This document shows, piece by piece, positions 12,801 through 24,806 of a stretch of 64,000 bases of DNA. Each line of letters opens with the position of its first letter. Position 1 is the stretch's first letter. The position numbers and the translations under genes are program-made. The stretch lies in NCBI GenBank assembly GCA_964234715.1, contig OZ174275.1. One strand, 5' to 3'. The stretch comes from Podarcis melisellensis (lineage: Eukaryota). Below the pieces are notes generated by a model. The model saw only the letters and a program-made list of their open reading frames with translations, was not told the DNA's origin and searched no databases.

Positions 12801-15800
12801 AGTACATTATAACAGACCACTTCATTACAAACCCAGTGCCTGAAATTCATCAGAATGCTGTCTCTAGCTGCAATCCTGTCTCAACCAAAGCTATCTGGCT
12901 ATGCATGCTTCTTAGAGACTCTCTTGGGCAGCTGCTGCGCTGTATTCCTGGCATTCTTCCCGTCTCTTCTCAGAGGCCGAGACGGGCTGGTGGTAACCAG
13001 AGCTCTTGTGGCAGCTGAGCTGCTCAGATTTCCCGCTGGCTAAAGTGCATATAGAAGAACAGGGATGGAATAAACCAGAAGGTCAACTCTCCAACCTCCC
13101 ACACCAAGGCACAATCCCTCCACCCTTCAGCCTCCCATAGGGCTTGGCAACTCTTTGTTCGGATCAGTGAATGCTCTGGCACCATTTCTGCTGGGATTCC
13201 GAGGGCTAATTCGCACTTTAAAAGTGCCGGATTCTCAATGGCAGAATACACATGCAACATTGGGTTCTGGGAAAGGATCAGGTACCATTTCTGTGTTCAG
13301 GGCATGGAAATCCAGCCTCTAAAATGCACGCAATCTGCTTGCAATTAAGACTTCATCATATTTTTATGTTGCTGTTTAAACTAGAATTGTGTGTGAGAGA
13401 GAGAGAAAGAAAGAGAGAGAGAGATCGTTCAAAAGGTGACCTCTGTATTTTGAAGCCAGACTGGACAGCTCCCAGCTGCAGGGAAAATTAAAGGTGTGGT
13501 TTTAGAGCAGGGCGTATCCAAATAATGCCCCCTCCTTTTTTATGTTCTGAAAGTGCTGTGGTTTCCTAGAGCTAATAACTAGCCCAACCTATGAGCACTT
13601 GTAGAACTGAAATTATTCAGTCTCTTTCCCAGCTGACAGATACAAGAGTGGCTTCTGTGGCCTCGTAGCTTTCAATCATCTATCTGCTAAGGTGGCAAGG
13701 AAATGAGTCTTAATAATGGAAAGGTCTGCACCCGAAAGTCTTCTGGTCCTGCAGTCCAGCTTGATGTCCAGAGCCCTCCATAGTCACTGTGTGATGAGAG
13801 GGCTCCTTCCTACTTTACCTCCACTTCTCCCTGTGTGTCTTAATTCCACGTGGTTCGATTCTGCAAGTATTGTCATGGTATGGGAGCGTGGTGACCTCTG
13901 TACAAAGACAAGGTCTTTTGTGCAGTCCGACACATATACGTTTAGAAATAGATTTGCCCAGCGTAGCCGCTAATTTTGGTACCAGCTGAAATAGCAGTTC
14001 CCAACATGGCTGGTGAATCTCAAGCGTAAGCGTGTGACACGGGTGGGAATAGCTTTTTCCTTCTCTAGTGCAGTTGTTGCCCCGACTGTTAGGGGAGGGT
14101 TCTGCATGTGCTGCTTCCCTACAGCAGCAGAGTATGAGGAAAGGGTTCCCCCTCACCCCTCTGTTTAGGTCTTCTGACAGACTACAGTGCATATACAAAG
14201 AAAGTAGGGTTGCATATGCTGTCCCCATTCAGCCTCTCTGTGTTAGGCTGACTGTACAGATTCTACAAATGATGAACATACACACAGCTCCCTCCCTGCA
14301 ACTATCGGGAATCCTGAGGTTCCACGTGATCAGTTTGGGAGACTGAGAGTAGGGACTGCTCTTTGGAAGGCTCAGTGGCTAGAGCATCTGCTTTGCATGA
14401 TCCCTGAACCCACGTTGAATCCCCAGCATCTTCAGGTAGGGCTGAGAATGTCCCCTGTCTGAATCCTAAAGAGCTATTGGCAGTCAGTGTTGTGACAATT
14501 TTGAGTTAGATGTAACAGTGGCCTGGCTTGGTATAAAGCTACTTCCTGTGTTCCATCTGAAAATGTCCAACGTCTAGAGGTAAAGTGAGGGCTGCATGCC
14601 TCTCGCAGTGCTGCTGGCGAAGGAAGTGGAAAAGGGCAAAGTTTCCCTAAGGCCACATTCACACCAAACATTTAAAGCACTATGATGCCACTTTAAATAG
14701 TCATGGCTTGCTTCCCCCAAAGAATTCTTGGAGGTGTCATTTGCTAAGGCCCGCAGGCATGGCCAAACTTGGCCCTCCAGCTGTTTTGGGACTACAATTC
14801 CCATCGTCCCTGACCACTGGTCCTGTTAGCTAGGAATGATGGGAGTTGTAGTCCCAAAACAGCTGGAGGGCCAAGTTTGGCCATGCCTAGCTAAGGGTGC
14901 TGAGGATGTCCCACTCCCCTCCCAGAGCTACAATTCCCAGAGTGGTTAAACTATAGATCCCTCTTCACAGGGAACTCTGGCATTGTAGCTCTGGGAGGGG
15001 AATGGGCTCTCCTCTCAAAACCCATAACAAACTACAGCTCCCAGAATTCTTTTGGGGAAGCCACTTCTGATTAACATGGCATCAAAACGCTTCAAATGTA
15101 TGGTGTGAATGCGGCCTAAGAGAATTAAGAACTCTGCATCCCTTTAAATTAGATTAGGTATGAGGGACAGTGGATATGCCTCAGGTTACTGCTGCCCGAG
15201 GTGAGACATTTCTGAAGGATGGAGCAGCTGCATTACTGCAAAGCACTTCATTGGAGGAGAAGTGGCTTATAGTGCTGCTGTGTGAGGGAAGGTTTTTTCC
15301 TCTTTGCCTCCCCGCTGCCAGAGTATGAGAATTTGGTTACAAAACTGGAGGATTTTGAAACTCTGTCTTAAAGGACCAAAACTGATAATCTGACAGCTCA
15401 GTTCCAGGTATGGCTGGCTTAGAAGATAAGAAGTGCTTCTCCCCGCCCCCAGTGCTGTGGGTTAACACACACATAATATCTCAGTAAGGGAGTGTGTGAT
15501 GGTGAAGAGTTTCTCTTAGTTTACTTTTACTTTGCATGATTAATATCTTTTCTGTGGGTCAAAGGAAATGCCTCACCCTTCCATCTGTTGCCGTGGAACT
15601 GGAGGTAAACAAAAGGGTGTGGGTTTAGTTTCAGATAGCCAATGCATAAAATGAGAAACCAAAACAAAGCAGCATACATATATCCACACAGAGGCAATAA
15701 CCTTCAACTTTGTAAAGTAATGCATTTATACTTGAAGGTTTTGTCTTATCTAAGTATATCTTCTATATTTTGGGCATGCTCCCCTCCTCAACTTTGGATT

Positions 15801-18800
15801 GAATACCGCATTACTGACTAGTTTCGGACGGGGGGGGACCCCTGAAAGATTAAAATGCATTAAAGATTAAAAAGATTAAAATTGGGTTGTGTTCCAAAGA
15901 GGGTGACCAGAATGGTGAAGGCTGGTGGAGAAGGCTGGGTGTATTTTGCCTGGAGAAGATTAAGGGGAGACGTGGTAGCAGTTTTCAAATACCTTGAGGG
16001 CTGTCACACAGAAGATGGAGTAGATATGTTCTCGGTTGCTCCAGAGGGTGGAAATTGCAAGGAAGCAGATTTCAGCTAAGCATTAGGAGACATGTCCTGA
16101 TGCAGTAAAAGCTGTTGGGACAGTGGAGCAGACTTGCCTTAGGAGACTCTTTCTTCACTGGAGGTATTTAAGCAGAGGCCGGATAGCCATCGGCCAGACT
16201 CTGCAGTGGGGTGCACTAGAAGTCCTCCAAGTTCCCTGCCAAGTCTGTGGTTCTAGAGCAGGACTGGACAACCTCTGTGGCCCTCCAGAGGGTTGCTGGG
16301 ACTTCCCTTTCACTCCCAGTCTGCATTGCTAACAGAGGTGATGGGCGTTGTACTTCAGCAACATCTGGGAAGCCACTGGTTCCCCCATGCCTATTCTAGA
16401 GGGTAAAATTTGACTTGTCACCTCGGTAAGCCCTAAAAGCACTGGCATTATGAACAGACCAGTTTTGCTAATGTGATATAAATGGAGCATTAGTGCTACT
16501 GGCTACTGATGGGGAGGAAATGTAGAAGAGGTGCTAATGATGTCACAACAGATGATTCCATTTCCTTTCTCCTGTTCAATCTCTCTCCATTCATAGGTGA
16601 CTTATGGGAAAGCGTGACAGAGTAACACTTTCCAGAGAGCCAGAATAAGATATACTCCCGCTTAGTTGGCTCCAAGGCAGTTGTTGGGGCAGATAATCAG
16701 GGTGTTGACTGCACTGAGAGCATGTAAGGCGCCAAGTCTCCCAGCTGCTGCTGATTACTCTGACGCGACTGTCGCGCAGGCTGCCGCATTTTGGCAACCC
16801 CTCCCAGAACCTTTAGTAGGGGAGAGATTTTTGCCACCCTGGTCCAGCTCAGGGCACGTTTCTCTGCTGTGTGAGCCTTACCTTGCACGCACTCATGGGC
16901 TGGGTTTGCCCTCTGCCTTCTCCTCCCCAGGTAACATGCTGCTCTGCCTGTCGCCAGCCTGGCTCTCAAAGGCACCATCAGAATCCCACCCGGGAGAGTC
17001 GTCCTTGCTGGTCTTCAAGGCCGTGACCTTTGAACTCGGTGGCCGCACAACCCTGGAAGAGTTTGCGCCCCCGCGCCGTGTCACCTACTTCACTGGCTGC
17101 TTTGGGCCCTGCAAGGTGCAGGGCCAGTCGGCAGCAGAACTGGCCCGAGACCTCGACTGCCCCACGGGGGGCTCAGGAGAGCTAGCTCGCCTGCTGGAGG
17201 ACAAGCTCCTGACCCGCCAGCTGATGGACCAGCAGGCATGCGTGGCTGTGCCCCCCACCCTGGCCTTCACCTTCAAGCGCCCGCTGCCTCTGCGAAGTGT
17301 GACAGAGGAGCAGCGTGTCCGCATGGTGGAGCTGAGCGGCCGTGAGGGGCAGGACAACCTGCTGCAGGAGGAAATAGCAGCCTTCCTGCAGAGTGGCGCC
17401 ATGGAGTCCTATAGCCAGGTGAGGAGCCCTGAACCTGAGATGGAAAGCTACCAACAGGAGGTTTGGAAAGGTGCGTTATTATATGGCAAGAGCAGTGCAC
17501 TTCCTGTATCCGGGACGGGTTGCCAACTGATGGCCCTCCCATCAGCCCCAACTAGCATGGCCAGTGGTCAGGGTGGGTGCAACTTACAGTAAAGCAACAT
17601 GTGGAGGGCCTCAGGTTCCTCACTCCTGGAGTTTGAGCCAAGATAATCCTCTGAGCCTAAGTGTTGTCTCTATTGTGCTTCCTATAGGTGGTGGTAAAAC
17701 CATCAGGCTGGCGCTGGAACGGAGCCCAAGCTGTGTCATTCCATGCTAAGTCAGAACAGGGATGCGTCCTTCAAGCTGTCCTCACGCTGCTGGAGACCCT
17801 GGAAGAGGAAGAGAGCATTTTGCTGGAGGCCTTCATTCCCACTGCTCATGTGGTCCAGCCTGGCCCTCCTGACACGAACGGCTCCCCATGTAAGGGATAT
17901 ATTTTCATCCCTTCTCACTGAGGTCGGTCCACATAATGAACTGTCCTCCAAATTAGCGCCCACAATTATGATAGTTTACTCCATAAGTGAGTCTCTCCCA
18001 TTGACTGCTTCATGTCATCTCTTGCCCACTCAAGAGCACTTGAAAGAGTTGCCTCGCACCAGCTATTTCCTGACGGGATCTAAGTGGGCAAAAGATGGCA
18101 TGGGCAGATTAGGGAAGCTACCATATTGAAATCTGATAATCCTTCAGGAGCATGTTGCATTGCTGATTTTACTCCAGACTTTGGGCCTCTTCTGATGACC
18201 AGTTTACTGAACATTCATCCCAAATTGCTTGCGCAAAGCTTATGCAGAGGTTTGATTACATCTGGTCTTTATTGACAAGTGTTCTGAGTTGTTTATGGGG
18301 TGGTTATACATCAAGGGCAATTTGTCCTGCATTCATCCCCGATTGGCATTTGGGGTATTTACATGTCTTTCCACCGGTCATTTGTTTATCCCGCACTGTC
18401 ACTTTCCAAACCACAGAAAGTATTTCTTTTAAAAGTGCCTTTGTTGTGCTAAGCCAATAGAGCCCTTTGGTACCTTGTAAACGTGCAAGGCTAAAGTTCC
18501 AGCATGCACTTGAATCCCTCCTGCAAAATGATGACACTCTGGAGGCACCCCTTCTTCTTTTCACTCCCCTCCACATGCCCCACTCCTATCAATTTGCCTC
18601 TCTGATATATTCTATTTCCCTCTCCCTCCCTCCTACATCTCCAATTCCAGGCAATTCATCTCCACAGCCCAATCTAGCAGTCCGAATATGTGCTGTTGTC
18701 TGCAGATCCCGAAAAGACCAGCCTCTACTGAGCAAGGTAACCAAAGCCCAGAGCTCCACTACAGATTGGGGGAAGAAATCCCAAGGAATCCTCACTGGCA

Positions 18801-21800
18801 GAAAAATTGTAGCCCTGTACTGTAGTCCGTTCCTCTTACCTGTTTTCAGGGGAACAAATTGTTGGTTGAGGGCAAGGAAATAAGTGGCTCTGCCCAGTTT
18901 TAAACTGTTTTGTGAGGAAAACACACAAACACTGATTGGTATTGGTAGATTTGGGTGATCTTTTGACTCCAAAATAATGTCTTGTTTGGAACCAGGCTAG
19001 CTTATTTTATCAACTGGTATGGAGATGTTAAGACTAACTGGAGGAACAGATGCTTGAATGACAGCAGCCCAGAGAGACTGCATGCATTTTTTTGGTTCTC
19101 TTTCAGGTGGTGTGTGGTGTGGGCCGGGCAGATAAGCCCCTGAAGCACCAGGCCACAGTGCCCCAGACCTTGGAGAGCAGCCTGCGTCAGTGGGGACTAA
19201 AGGATGAGGCCCAGATTGCAGCCATTCATGCCCAGATAAAGCAGAAGGCTGAAGCAGCCATGAAGGCCTTCATGGACATGGAAGCTGGCCTGTCAGTTGA
19301 GCAACGAGGTGGTCGCCGAGCACAAACCGACATCATTGGTGAGTTACCCTGTCAAGTCATTACGGAGGCTGCTTCTAAGACACTGTGGGGCCCTGCACTT
19401 TCGATGCCCAGAATAGCATGAGGCTATCAGCATTCCTCAAGCCCAGGCTCCATCAGCTGTGGGGCAGCAGTGCAAAGCAGCTGCACTTAGCTATGCACCA
19501 GCAAGCAAAACTCAATTTTAATCATCTATGGGGAAGTCCTTGCCAAGCCCTTGTGTTCAGAAATCCTTGCACTGGCAGAATGATTGGCAAAGTGTGGTGC
19601 TGAATTCCTCCTTTTGAACCAGTGGCAGGTTGGGACCCTGAAATCCCACAACCCCAGAGATGCATACACCTTTTTGTCCCGGCCTCTGATGTGGACATGA
19701 AACTGTCTTAAGTAATGATTCCCCAATATCTTCAGTGTATGTTTCTGGCAGTGCAAGAACCAATCCCTTAAGTTTCTGCAGCACAGTGATGGAGCCTGAG
19801 TTGCTATTGTGGAAACTTCTGCTGTAATGCCTTTTGTGAACTCTTTGCCTCAATAAAATTCTTGAGCAACAGGTTCCTATGGCAATCATTCTTCCTAAAA
19901 CCAAACAAAAAAATGACAAAACCCAGTTGCCGCCCCTTAGTTATGTTTTGATCTCATTGACCAGCTTATCAGAAACCATTAATTCTCATTTAGATTTATT
20001 TCCCACTGTATGACGTGTACTGTACTAAACTTTTTCATCCTCTCTCACTCACTGCCTAATGGCAGTGGCCTGCAGATGTACAAAAGCTGCATGCACACTC
20101 TTCTCCCCTTGCTTATTTTATTTATTGATTTCTCACCCCTTGACCATTCTGACTGGGGCTAATGGGAGTTGGAGTCTAACAACATCTGGAGGACCACAGG
20201 TTCCCCATACTTGGATTAATCCATTGTTCTTAGTGCACCTTTGAGGGTTCTTCTCTTTCATTCCTTTTCTGTCTTTATGACACATTTGGCCCAATAGTTC
20301 ATTTCGATGAGAGGTGTTCCCCATTGGCCCAATGTCTAATCCTCCAGCCTTTACGGAATGAGGGGCTGGTCCAGCTGCTCCTAGGAAAAGGGTTGCTGCC
20401 AGCTGCCAACCTCTAAGGCAAGAGAGCCAGCAGCAGCTACAAATCTGACCTGACAGCAGGCGAGGAAACTGGCGGGGCGAGAGGTACAGCAGCAGCGGCA
20501 CAACTTCTCAGTGTGTGCAGCAGTACAGGGGTACCTCGGGTTAAGTACTTAATTCGTTCCAGAGGTCCGTACTTAACCTGAAACTGTTCTTAACCTGAGG
20601 CACCACTTTAGCTAATGGGACCTCCTGCTGCTGCCACGCCGCCGGAGCACAATTTCTGTTCTCATCCTGAAGCAAAGTTCTTAACCTGAAGCACTATTTC
20701 TGGGTTAGCGGAGTCTGTAACCTGAAGCGTATGTAACCCAAGGTACCACTGTAGTGAAAAGTGCAAATTCCACATTAGGAATTATTAGGGAATTAATTAA
20801 AAATAAAATAAATTTTTGGAGGCTAATTCTGTCATGTTGGCCCTGTAAAAAGCACCATGTTCAGAAAGCAGGGTGGGATGCTCAGTTATCAGATCCTAGT
20901 GGGTAACAGAAGAGTACTGCTGCCTTGATGGTTTCCTGTGGGGAGGCGTCTGGTTGGCAATCCATGTGAAATGGGATGCTGGATGAGGTGGACCTTTTGA
21001 GCAGATCCTACCAGGGCTGCTCATACGTATAATGAAGGAGCTCGCTCTTCAGAGGGGTTATTTGCTCCATCAACTCACCCTTGGGATTCGGCTAATGGTT
21101 GAGCTGACCAAAAGTTCAGTGATCTTCAGCCACATGTTCTTGATTGACAGGGCCTCCTTTGCTTCTCCTTTCTCCAGGTGTGGATTTTCTCCTAAGCTCA
21201 GAGGAACAGCTGCTGCAGCTGGTGGCCCTGGAGATGAACTCGCAGCTGTGCCTAGAGACCTGCTCCGTCTTCGAGTCCATGGGCCGGGTGGTGGGGGCTC
21301 CAGCGGGCGAGGCAGCACGCCCCCTGGTGGAGACGATGATGCGTCGCGCGCAGTGCCACCTGATGGAGGGCAAACACGTGTTGGTCATTGGGGCCGGCGG
21401 AGTCAGCAAAAAGTTCGTCTGGGAGGCAGCCAGGGACTACGGGCTAAAAGTAAGATGCGGAAACCGGAGCCATGCAGCCCCCCACAGGCTGCAGGATGGA
21501 CTAACTAGAGCAGCACCCCCCTAAAGCCCCCGTCCATATAATATAAACTTTATGGGTGCCATCTAAGCACAGAGAGGGGAGAAAGGCACAGTCCCCCTTC
21601 CAATCAAAAGGGCTCACCATTGTGCTATGCATTTACGCCAGTGGAGCTGGCCTGCTTGCTGCATTGCTGCTCCCCGGTCATGCTGTTCTTGAGGCTGGCC
21701 ATCTTATCAGGATTACTTCGAGCAGGGCATCGGACAGCCCAGTCTGGAACCAAGTTTTAAGTTGGACGAGTCACTGGGGATGGAAGTGAGTTCTTGAGGA

Positions 21801-24800
21801 TTTCAGGCGTAGCCAGGTCTGCTTCTTTCTTAATCACATCTTGCCTCCATTTAAAAATGGTAGGAAGCAAACATGAGGCACGACTGCTGAGCGGGTTCTG
21901 GATCCCCAAGATCCCCGTCTGCCCAGCAGCACTTGCTTCCTTGTTCCTGGCCTTCTATAGCAGCCAGGAGGCTTCAGAGGCTGAAGCTTCTTCTGTCACT
22001 GCTTCTCCACCACAGTGTGCAGCTGTTTAAAGTCACAGGCTAAAGGAAATGGGATGGAAGCCTTACAGCTGAGGCAGCAGGGATACATAAAAAGAGCTTT
22101 TTCAATGAAATACCCCCGCTTTGCCTCTCCCATCCCTTGTATCATTATTTATTAGACTTATTAGTCACTTCTTAACTAAAGGTCTCCAAGTGACTTTCAT
22201 TCTTACCTTCCTAAACATTGTAGTTTTGTGGCTTCTCCAAACTCAGAAGAGAAACCCTGTTCCGTTCTGGGTGCTGGGACATAACTGTGCTGGTTATTGT
22301 CTGCTTTGGAGGACGTGGGTGTACAGTGCCGTTTCAAGAATGAACTGGGTTATCCTGTTTCCAGGACCTCTAGATTACCTTTGGAGCCACAAAGGGGCCC
22401 CCCTCTGAATAGGCGGGAGACTGACAAGCAGAATAGATATGGGGATAGCATGTGTGGGGAGGGGTGGTGGTAATGTTGTAATGAAATGAAAACTAAATTG
22501 GTAGGAGGAGACAGCTGGCGGTTTAGCCAGCAGCAACTAGTCCCATTTTTCTTTCAAAAGCCCAAGTGCCTTGATGCCAGCTTATTCCTCTGAGGGCTGA
22601 ATTTGCCCCTGTTGGAGCCTTGCTGCCATTTTGCAGCTCAGACCCTGAACAAAACATGTTGACCAGAGACTATGTCAACAGCTGCAGTCTTCACAATGGG
22701 ACAGTCTATATGCTTTACTCTCCTGGAAAATGGCTGTGCTCTGGAGTTACTTTAAAGTGGTGGTGGGGGGAGCCTGCTTGGATGTCCCCATGTCTCTGGA
22801 GTTGCTATATGTCCCTGCTAAAATCATCAGCAGTGAAACTGTTAAGGCTGCCTTTCCCATCCACTTGGCTTATTTTTTGTTTAGTTATTTACTTAAGCTA
22901 TTTATATTAAGTGGTGTAACATAAGACTTAAAGGCACACAGTGGATATGCTTATGGCTCACAAAGCCCAATGAGCTGAATGGAGGCACCTCCCTGATGTA
23001 AACTGAATCCAGTTTAAGGAGGCACAGTGGACACGCAGAGCAGAATTTGCACACACACCCATGCAACCACCTGGCTCAGCTTCTTGTTTCCACCCTCTTG
23101 CCAGCCATGGTCCTTCCCCAGCACCACCTCCTACTACACCTAGAGGACAATGTCTCCTCATTCTAAATTTTCTTGTTGCTGAAGCAGGCATGTAGAGAAC
23201 GATCAGATCCTGTCTCCCTCCCCTGCCACCAAACCTGTGGGTTCCAATGGAGGCTGTCCCACCAAGAGCACAAATGGGATGCCTGCAAGATGGGGAGTTG
23301 CTCCCATAGATTGGAGCCTACTTCACAGGGGGCTGTTGTGCCGTGCCTGGTCCCAAGGAGCTGTCCTTCTCTGGTACTGTCAGTAGTGATGCATCTCTGA
23401 TTTTTCTCCCATCTTCTCTGCATCTCTGCCCTTCTGTGTCTGCCCTTCCTTCTTCCCCATCCCTGCTCCCACTCCTACCTCTCTCCTACCCCACTCTCTC
23501 TCTCTCTCTTCCCATCTCCACCCCACCCCCTTTCTTTCTTTCTCGCTCTCTTTCTGATCTTTCCCATCCCCAGATCCACCTGGTGGAGTCCGACCCCAAC
23601 CACTTTGCCTCCCAGCTGGTGCAGACCTTCATCCACTATGACACCACAGACCACAAGAGGGACGAAGAGCATGCCCAGAGGCTGCTGGGGCTTGTGCAGG
23701 AGCGGGGCTTGCATCTGGACGGCTGCCTCTCCTACTGGGACGACTGCATGGTCCTGACGGCACTGGTGTGCGAAGGGCTGGGCCTGCGCTGCAGCTCCCC
23801 GACAGCCATGCGCGTGGCCAAGCAGAAGAGCCGCACTCACCTGCACTTGCTGCGCCGTCGCAAAGAGGGGGCTCGCTGGCCCTCGGCAGCGCTCTATGCC
23901 GTGCCCTGCTGCCACCTAGAGAGCCACACAGATGTGGAGCGGGCTGCGAGCCACATCAGCTTCCCTGGGGTCATGAAGCTAGAGTACGGGGCCGGGGCTG
24001 TGGGGGTCAAGCTGGTGGAGGATGCACAGCAGTGCCACCTGCACTTTGACAAGATCTCCAGGGACCTGCAGGATGATTCAGACCACCCGGGCATCGGGCT
24101 GGGCTGGGGCAATGCCATGCTATTGATGGAGTACGTCTCCGGCACTGAGCACGACGTGGATCTGGTGATGTACGGAGGGCGGGTGCTGGGGGCTTTTGTC
24201 TCTGACAACGGGCCCACCCGGGTGCCCAACTTCACCGAAACGGCAGCCTGCATGCCCACCTGTCTGCCCCCTGACCGTGAGGCGCAGCTCATCCGCGCTG
24301 CCTACCAGTGCTGCTTAGGCTGCGGCCTCACCGACGGCGTGTTCAACGTGGAGCTGAAGCTGACCGCGTCCGGCCCCAAGCTCATCGAGATCAACCCCCG
24401 CATGGGCGGCTTCTACCTCCGCGACTGGATTCAGGAGATCTACGGCGTGGACATCATGCTGGCCTCCGTCATGGTGGCCTGCGGGGTGGTCCCCCTCCTG
24501 CCTGCTCGCTCTCGCCCCCGCATGCACCTGGTGGGAGTGATGTGCTTGGTCTCGCAGCACCTGCAGGCCCTCAAGTCCACGGCCAGCCTGGAGACGCTCC
24601 AGGCCCTGCATGAGCGTGGCGTCATCCGCCTCAACCTGCTCGATGACGAGCTCGTGTCCAGCGAGTACGAGGAGCCCTACTGCAACGTGGCTTGTGCCAG
24701 CTCTAGCCGCCGCGAGGCCTGCCTCAAGCTGCTCGGCATCTGCCAGGTGCTGGGCATTGACTCCCCACACTACCCTGTGGCCCACTTCCTCTCGCATTTC

Positions 24801-24806
24801 AAATAG
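6250..24806 (+). CDS. CARNS1: Carnosine synthase 1 (ATP-grasp ligase), complete spliced CDS, about 953 aa
   Basis: join(6250..6255,7254..7506,7815..7904,16931..17418,17688..17889,18651..18736,19107..19338,21178..21449,23574..24806) = 2862 nt. All introns are GT-AG and the phases are consistent. The translation matches CARNS1 throughout (MLSLD.., GNMLLCLSPAWL, GAGGVSKKFVWEAARDYGL, KLEYGAGAVGV, IEINPRMGGFYLRDW, ..YPVAHFLSHFK*). Confidence 0.95.
6832..6878. repeat. (AC)n(TC)n compound microsatellite
   Basis: About 16 AC units followed by TC units. Confidence 0.9.
6950..7085. mobile_element. Fold-back (hAT-like) MITE, 136 bp
   Basis: Inverted arms of about 58 bp (CAGTGATGGCCAAACT..) with an imperfect 8-bp TSD (tcatagat / ccatatat). 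Confidence 0.8.
7254..7506 (+). CDS. CARNS1: CARNS1 coding exon 2 (LSLDQIHTE..WRRDVPLDCK..QEGLPETIDHTKEPRT)
   Basis: ctgtag acceptor, G|GTGAGT donor, similar to the CARNS1 N-terminus. Confidence 0.9.
7815..7904 (+). CDS. CARNS1: CARNS1 coding exon 3 (GFGPSDITICVLGSPTSYLSVLLEGGNQCP)
   Basis: cccag acceptor, G|GTGAGT donor, 90 nt, phase 1-1. Confidence 0.92.
8764..10203. mobile_element. hAT-type non-autonomous element with a low-complexity GC-rich interior
   Basis: Starts TAGGGCTGGGCGATA; inverted copy TATCGCCTAGCCCTT at 10102..10116; direct repeat ATACCTGC (8 bp) at 8756..8763 and 10204..10211. Confidence 0.7.
11760..12018. mobile_element. MITE family C
   Basis: TA-CCATATTTTTTGCTCTATAAGAC...GTCTTATAGAGCGAAAAATACAG-TA. 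Confidence 0.8.
14369..14553 (+). mobile_element. Old tRNA-derived squamate SINE
   Basis: A-box-like GGCTCAGTGGCTAGAGC and B-box-like GTTGAATCC; similar to the 37746 and 56341 copies. Confidence 0.6.
14651..15116. mobile_element. PIF/Harbinger-type non-autonomous element
   Basis: TIR GGCC(A/G)CATTCACACCA with a TAA TSD on both sides (14648-50, 15117-19). Confidence 0.75.
14754..14889. mobile_element. Fold-back MITE (same family as 6950), nested in the Harbinger-type element
   Basis: AGGCATGGCCAAACTTGGCCCTCCAGCTG...CAGCTGGAGGGCCAAGTTTGGCCATGCCT. Confidence 0.8.
15887..16200 (+). mobile_element. CR1 LINE 3' fragment
   Basis: Translates to RVTRMVK..RRLRGDVVAVFKYLEGCH..MFSV, typical of the CR1 ORF2 C-terminus. 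Confidence 0.8.
16931..17418 (+). CDS. CARNS1: CARNS1 coding exon 4 (NMLLCLSPAWL..GAMESYSQ)
   Basis: Lies within ORF 16666..17592; ccccag acceptor, CAG|GTGAGG donor. Confidence 0.95.
17688..17889 (+). CDS. CARNS1: CARNS1 coding exon 5 (VVVKPSGWRW..LEEEESILLEA..)
   Basis: ctatag acceptor, CAT|GTAAGG donor. Confidence 0.9.
18651..18736 (+). CDS. CARNS1: CARNS1 coding exon 6 (NSSPQPNLAVRICAVVCRSRKDQPLLSK)
   Basis: ttccag acceptor, AAG|GTAACC donor. Confidence 0.92.
19107..19338 (+). CDS. CARNS1: CARNS1 coding exon 7 (VVCGVGRADKPL..EQRGGRRAQTDII)
   Basis: tttcag acceptor, G|GTGAGT donor. Confidence 0.95.
20526..20751. mobile_element. Tc1/mariner-type MITE family A, 226 bp
   Basis: TIR CAG(G/T)GGTACCT(C/T)GGGTTA with TA on both flanks. 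Confidence 0.88.
21178..21449 (+). CDS. CARNS1: CARNS1 coding exon 8 (VDFLL..GAGGVSKKFVWEAARDYGLK)
   Basis: ctccag acceptor, AAA|GTAAGA donor. Confidence 0.95.
23574..24806 (+). CDS. CARNS1: CARNS1 last coding exon, catalytic ATP-grasp domain
   Basis: IHLVESDPNHFASQLV..IEINPRMGG..HFLSHFK*; preceded by a long polypyrimidine tract and CAG. Confidence 0.97.
   Translation: MHLVESDPNHFASQLVQTFIHYDTTDHKRDEEHAQRLLGLVQERGLHLDGCLSYWDDCMVLTALVCEGLGLRCSSPTAMRVAKQKSRTHLHLLRRRKEGARWPSAALYAVPCCHLESHTDVERAASHISFPGVMKLEYGAGAVGVKLVEDAQQCHLHFDKISRDLQDDSDHPGIGLGWGNAMLLMEYVSGTEHDVDLVMYGGRVLGAFVSDNGPTRVPNFTETAACMPTCLPPDREAQLIRAAYQCCLGCGLTDGVFNVELKLTASGPKLIEINPRMGGFYLRDWIQEIYGVDIMLASVMVACGVVPLLPARSRPRMHLVGVMCLVSQHLQALKSTASLETLQALHERGVIRLNLLDDELVSSEYEEPYCNVACASSSRREACLKLLGICQVLGIDSPHYPVAHFLSHFK

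Noticed and set aside
15845-15882. Short local duplications (AAAGATTAAAA x3; also near 33851 and 41210)
   Set aside because: Ordinary slippage duplications with no further structure.
23343-23573. N-terminal 77 codons of the 487-aa ORF as a separate single-exon gene
   Set aside because: This is the pyrimidine tract, which lacks stop codons by composition. It has a GTG start and the true exon begins at 23574.
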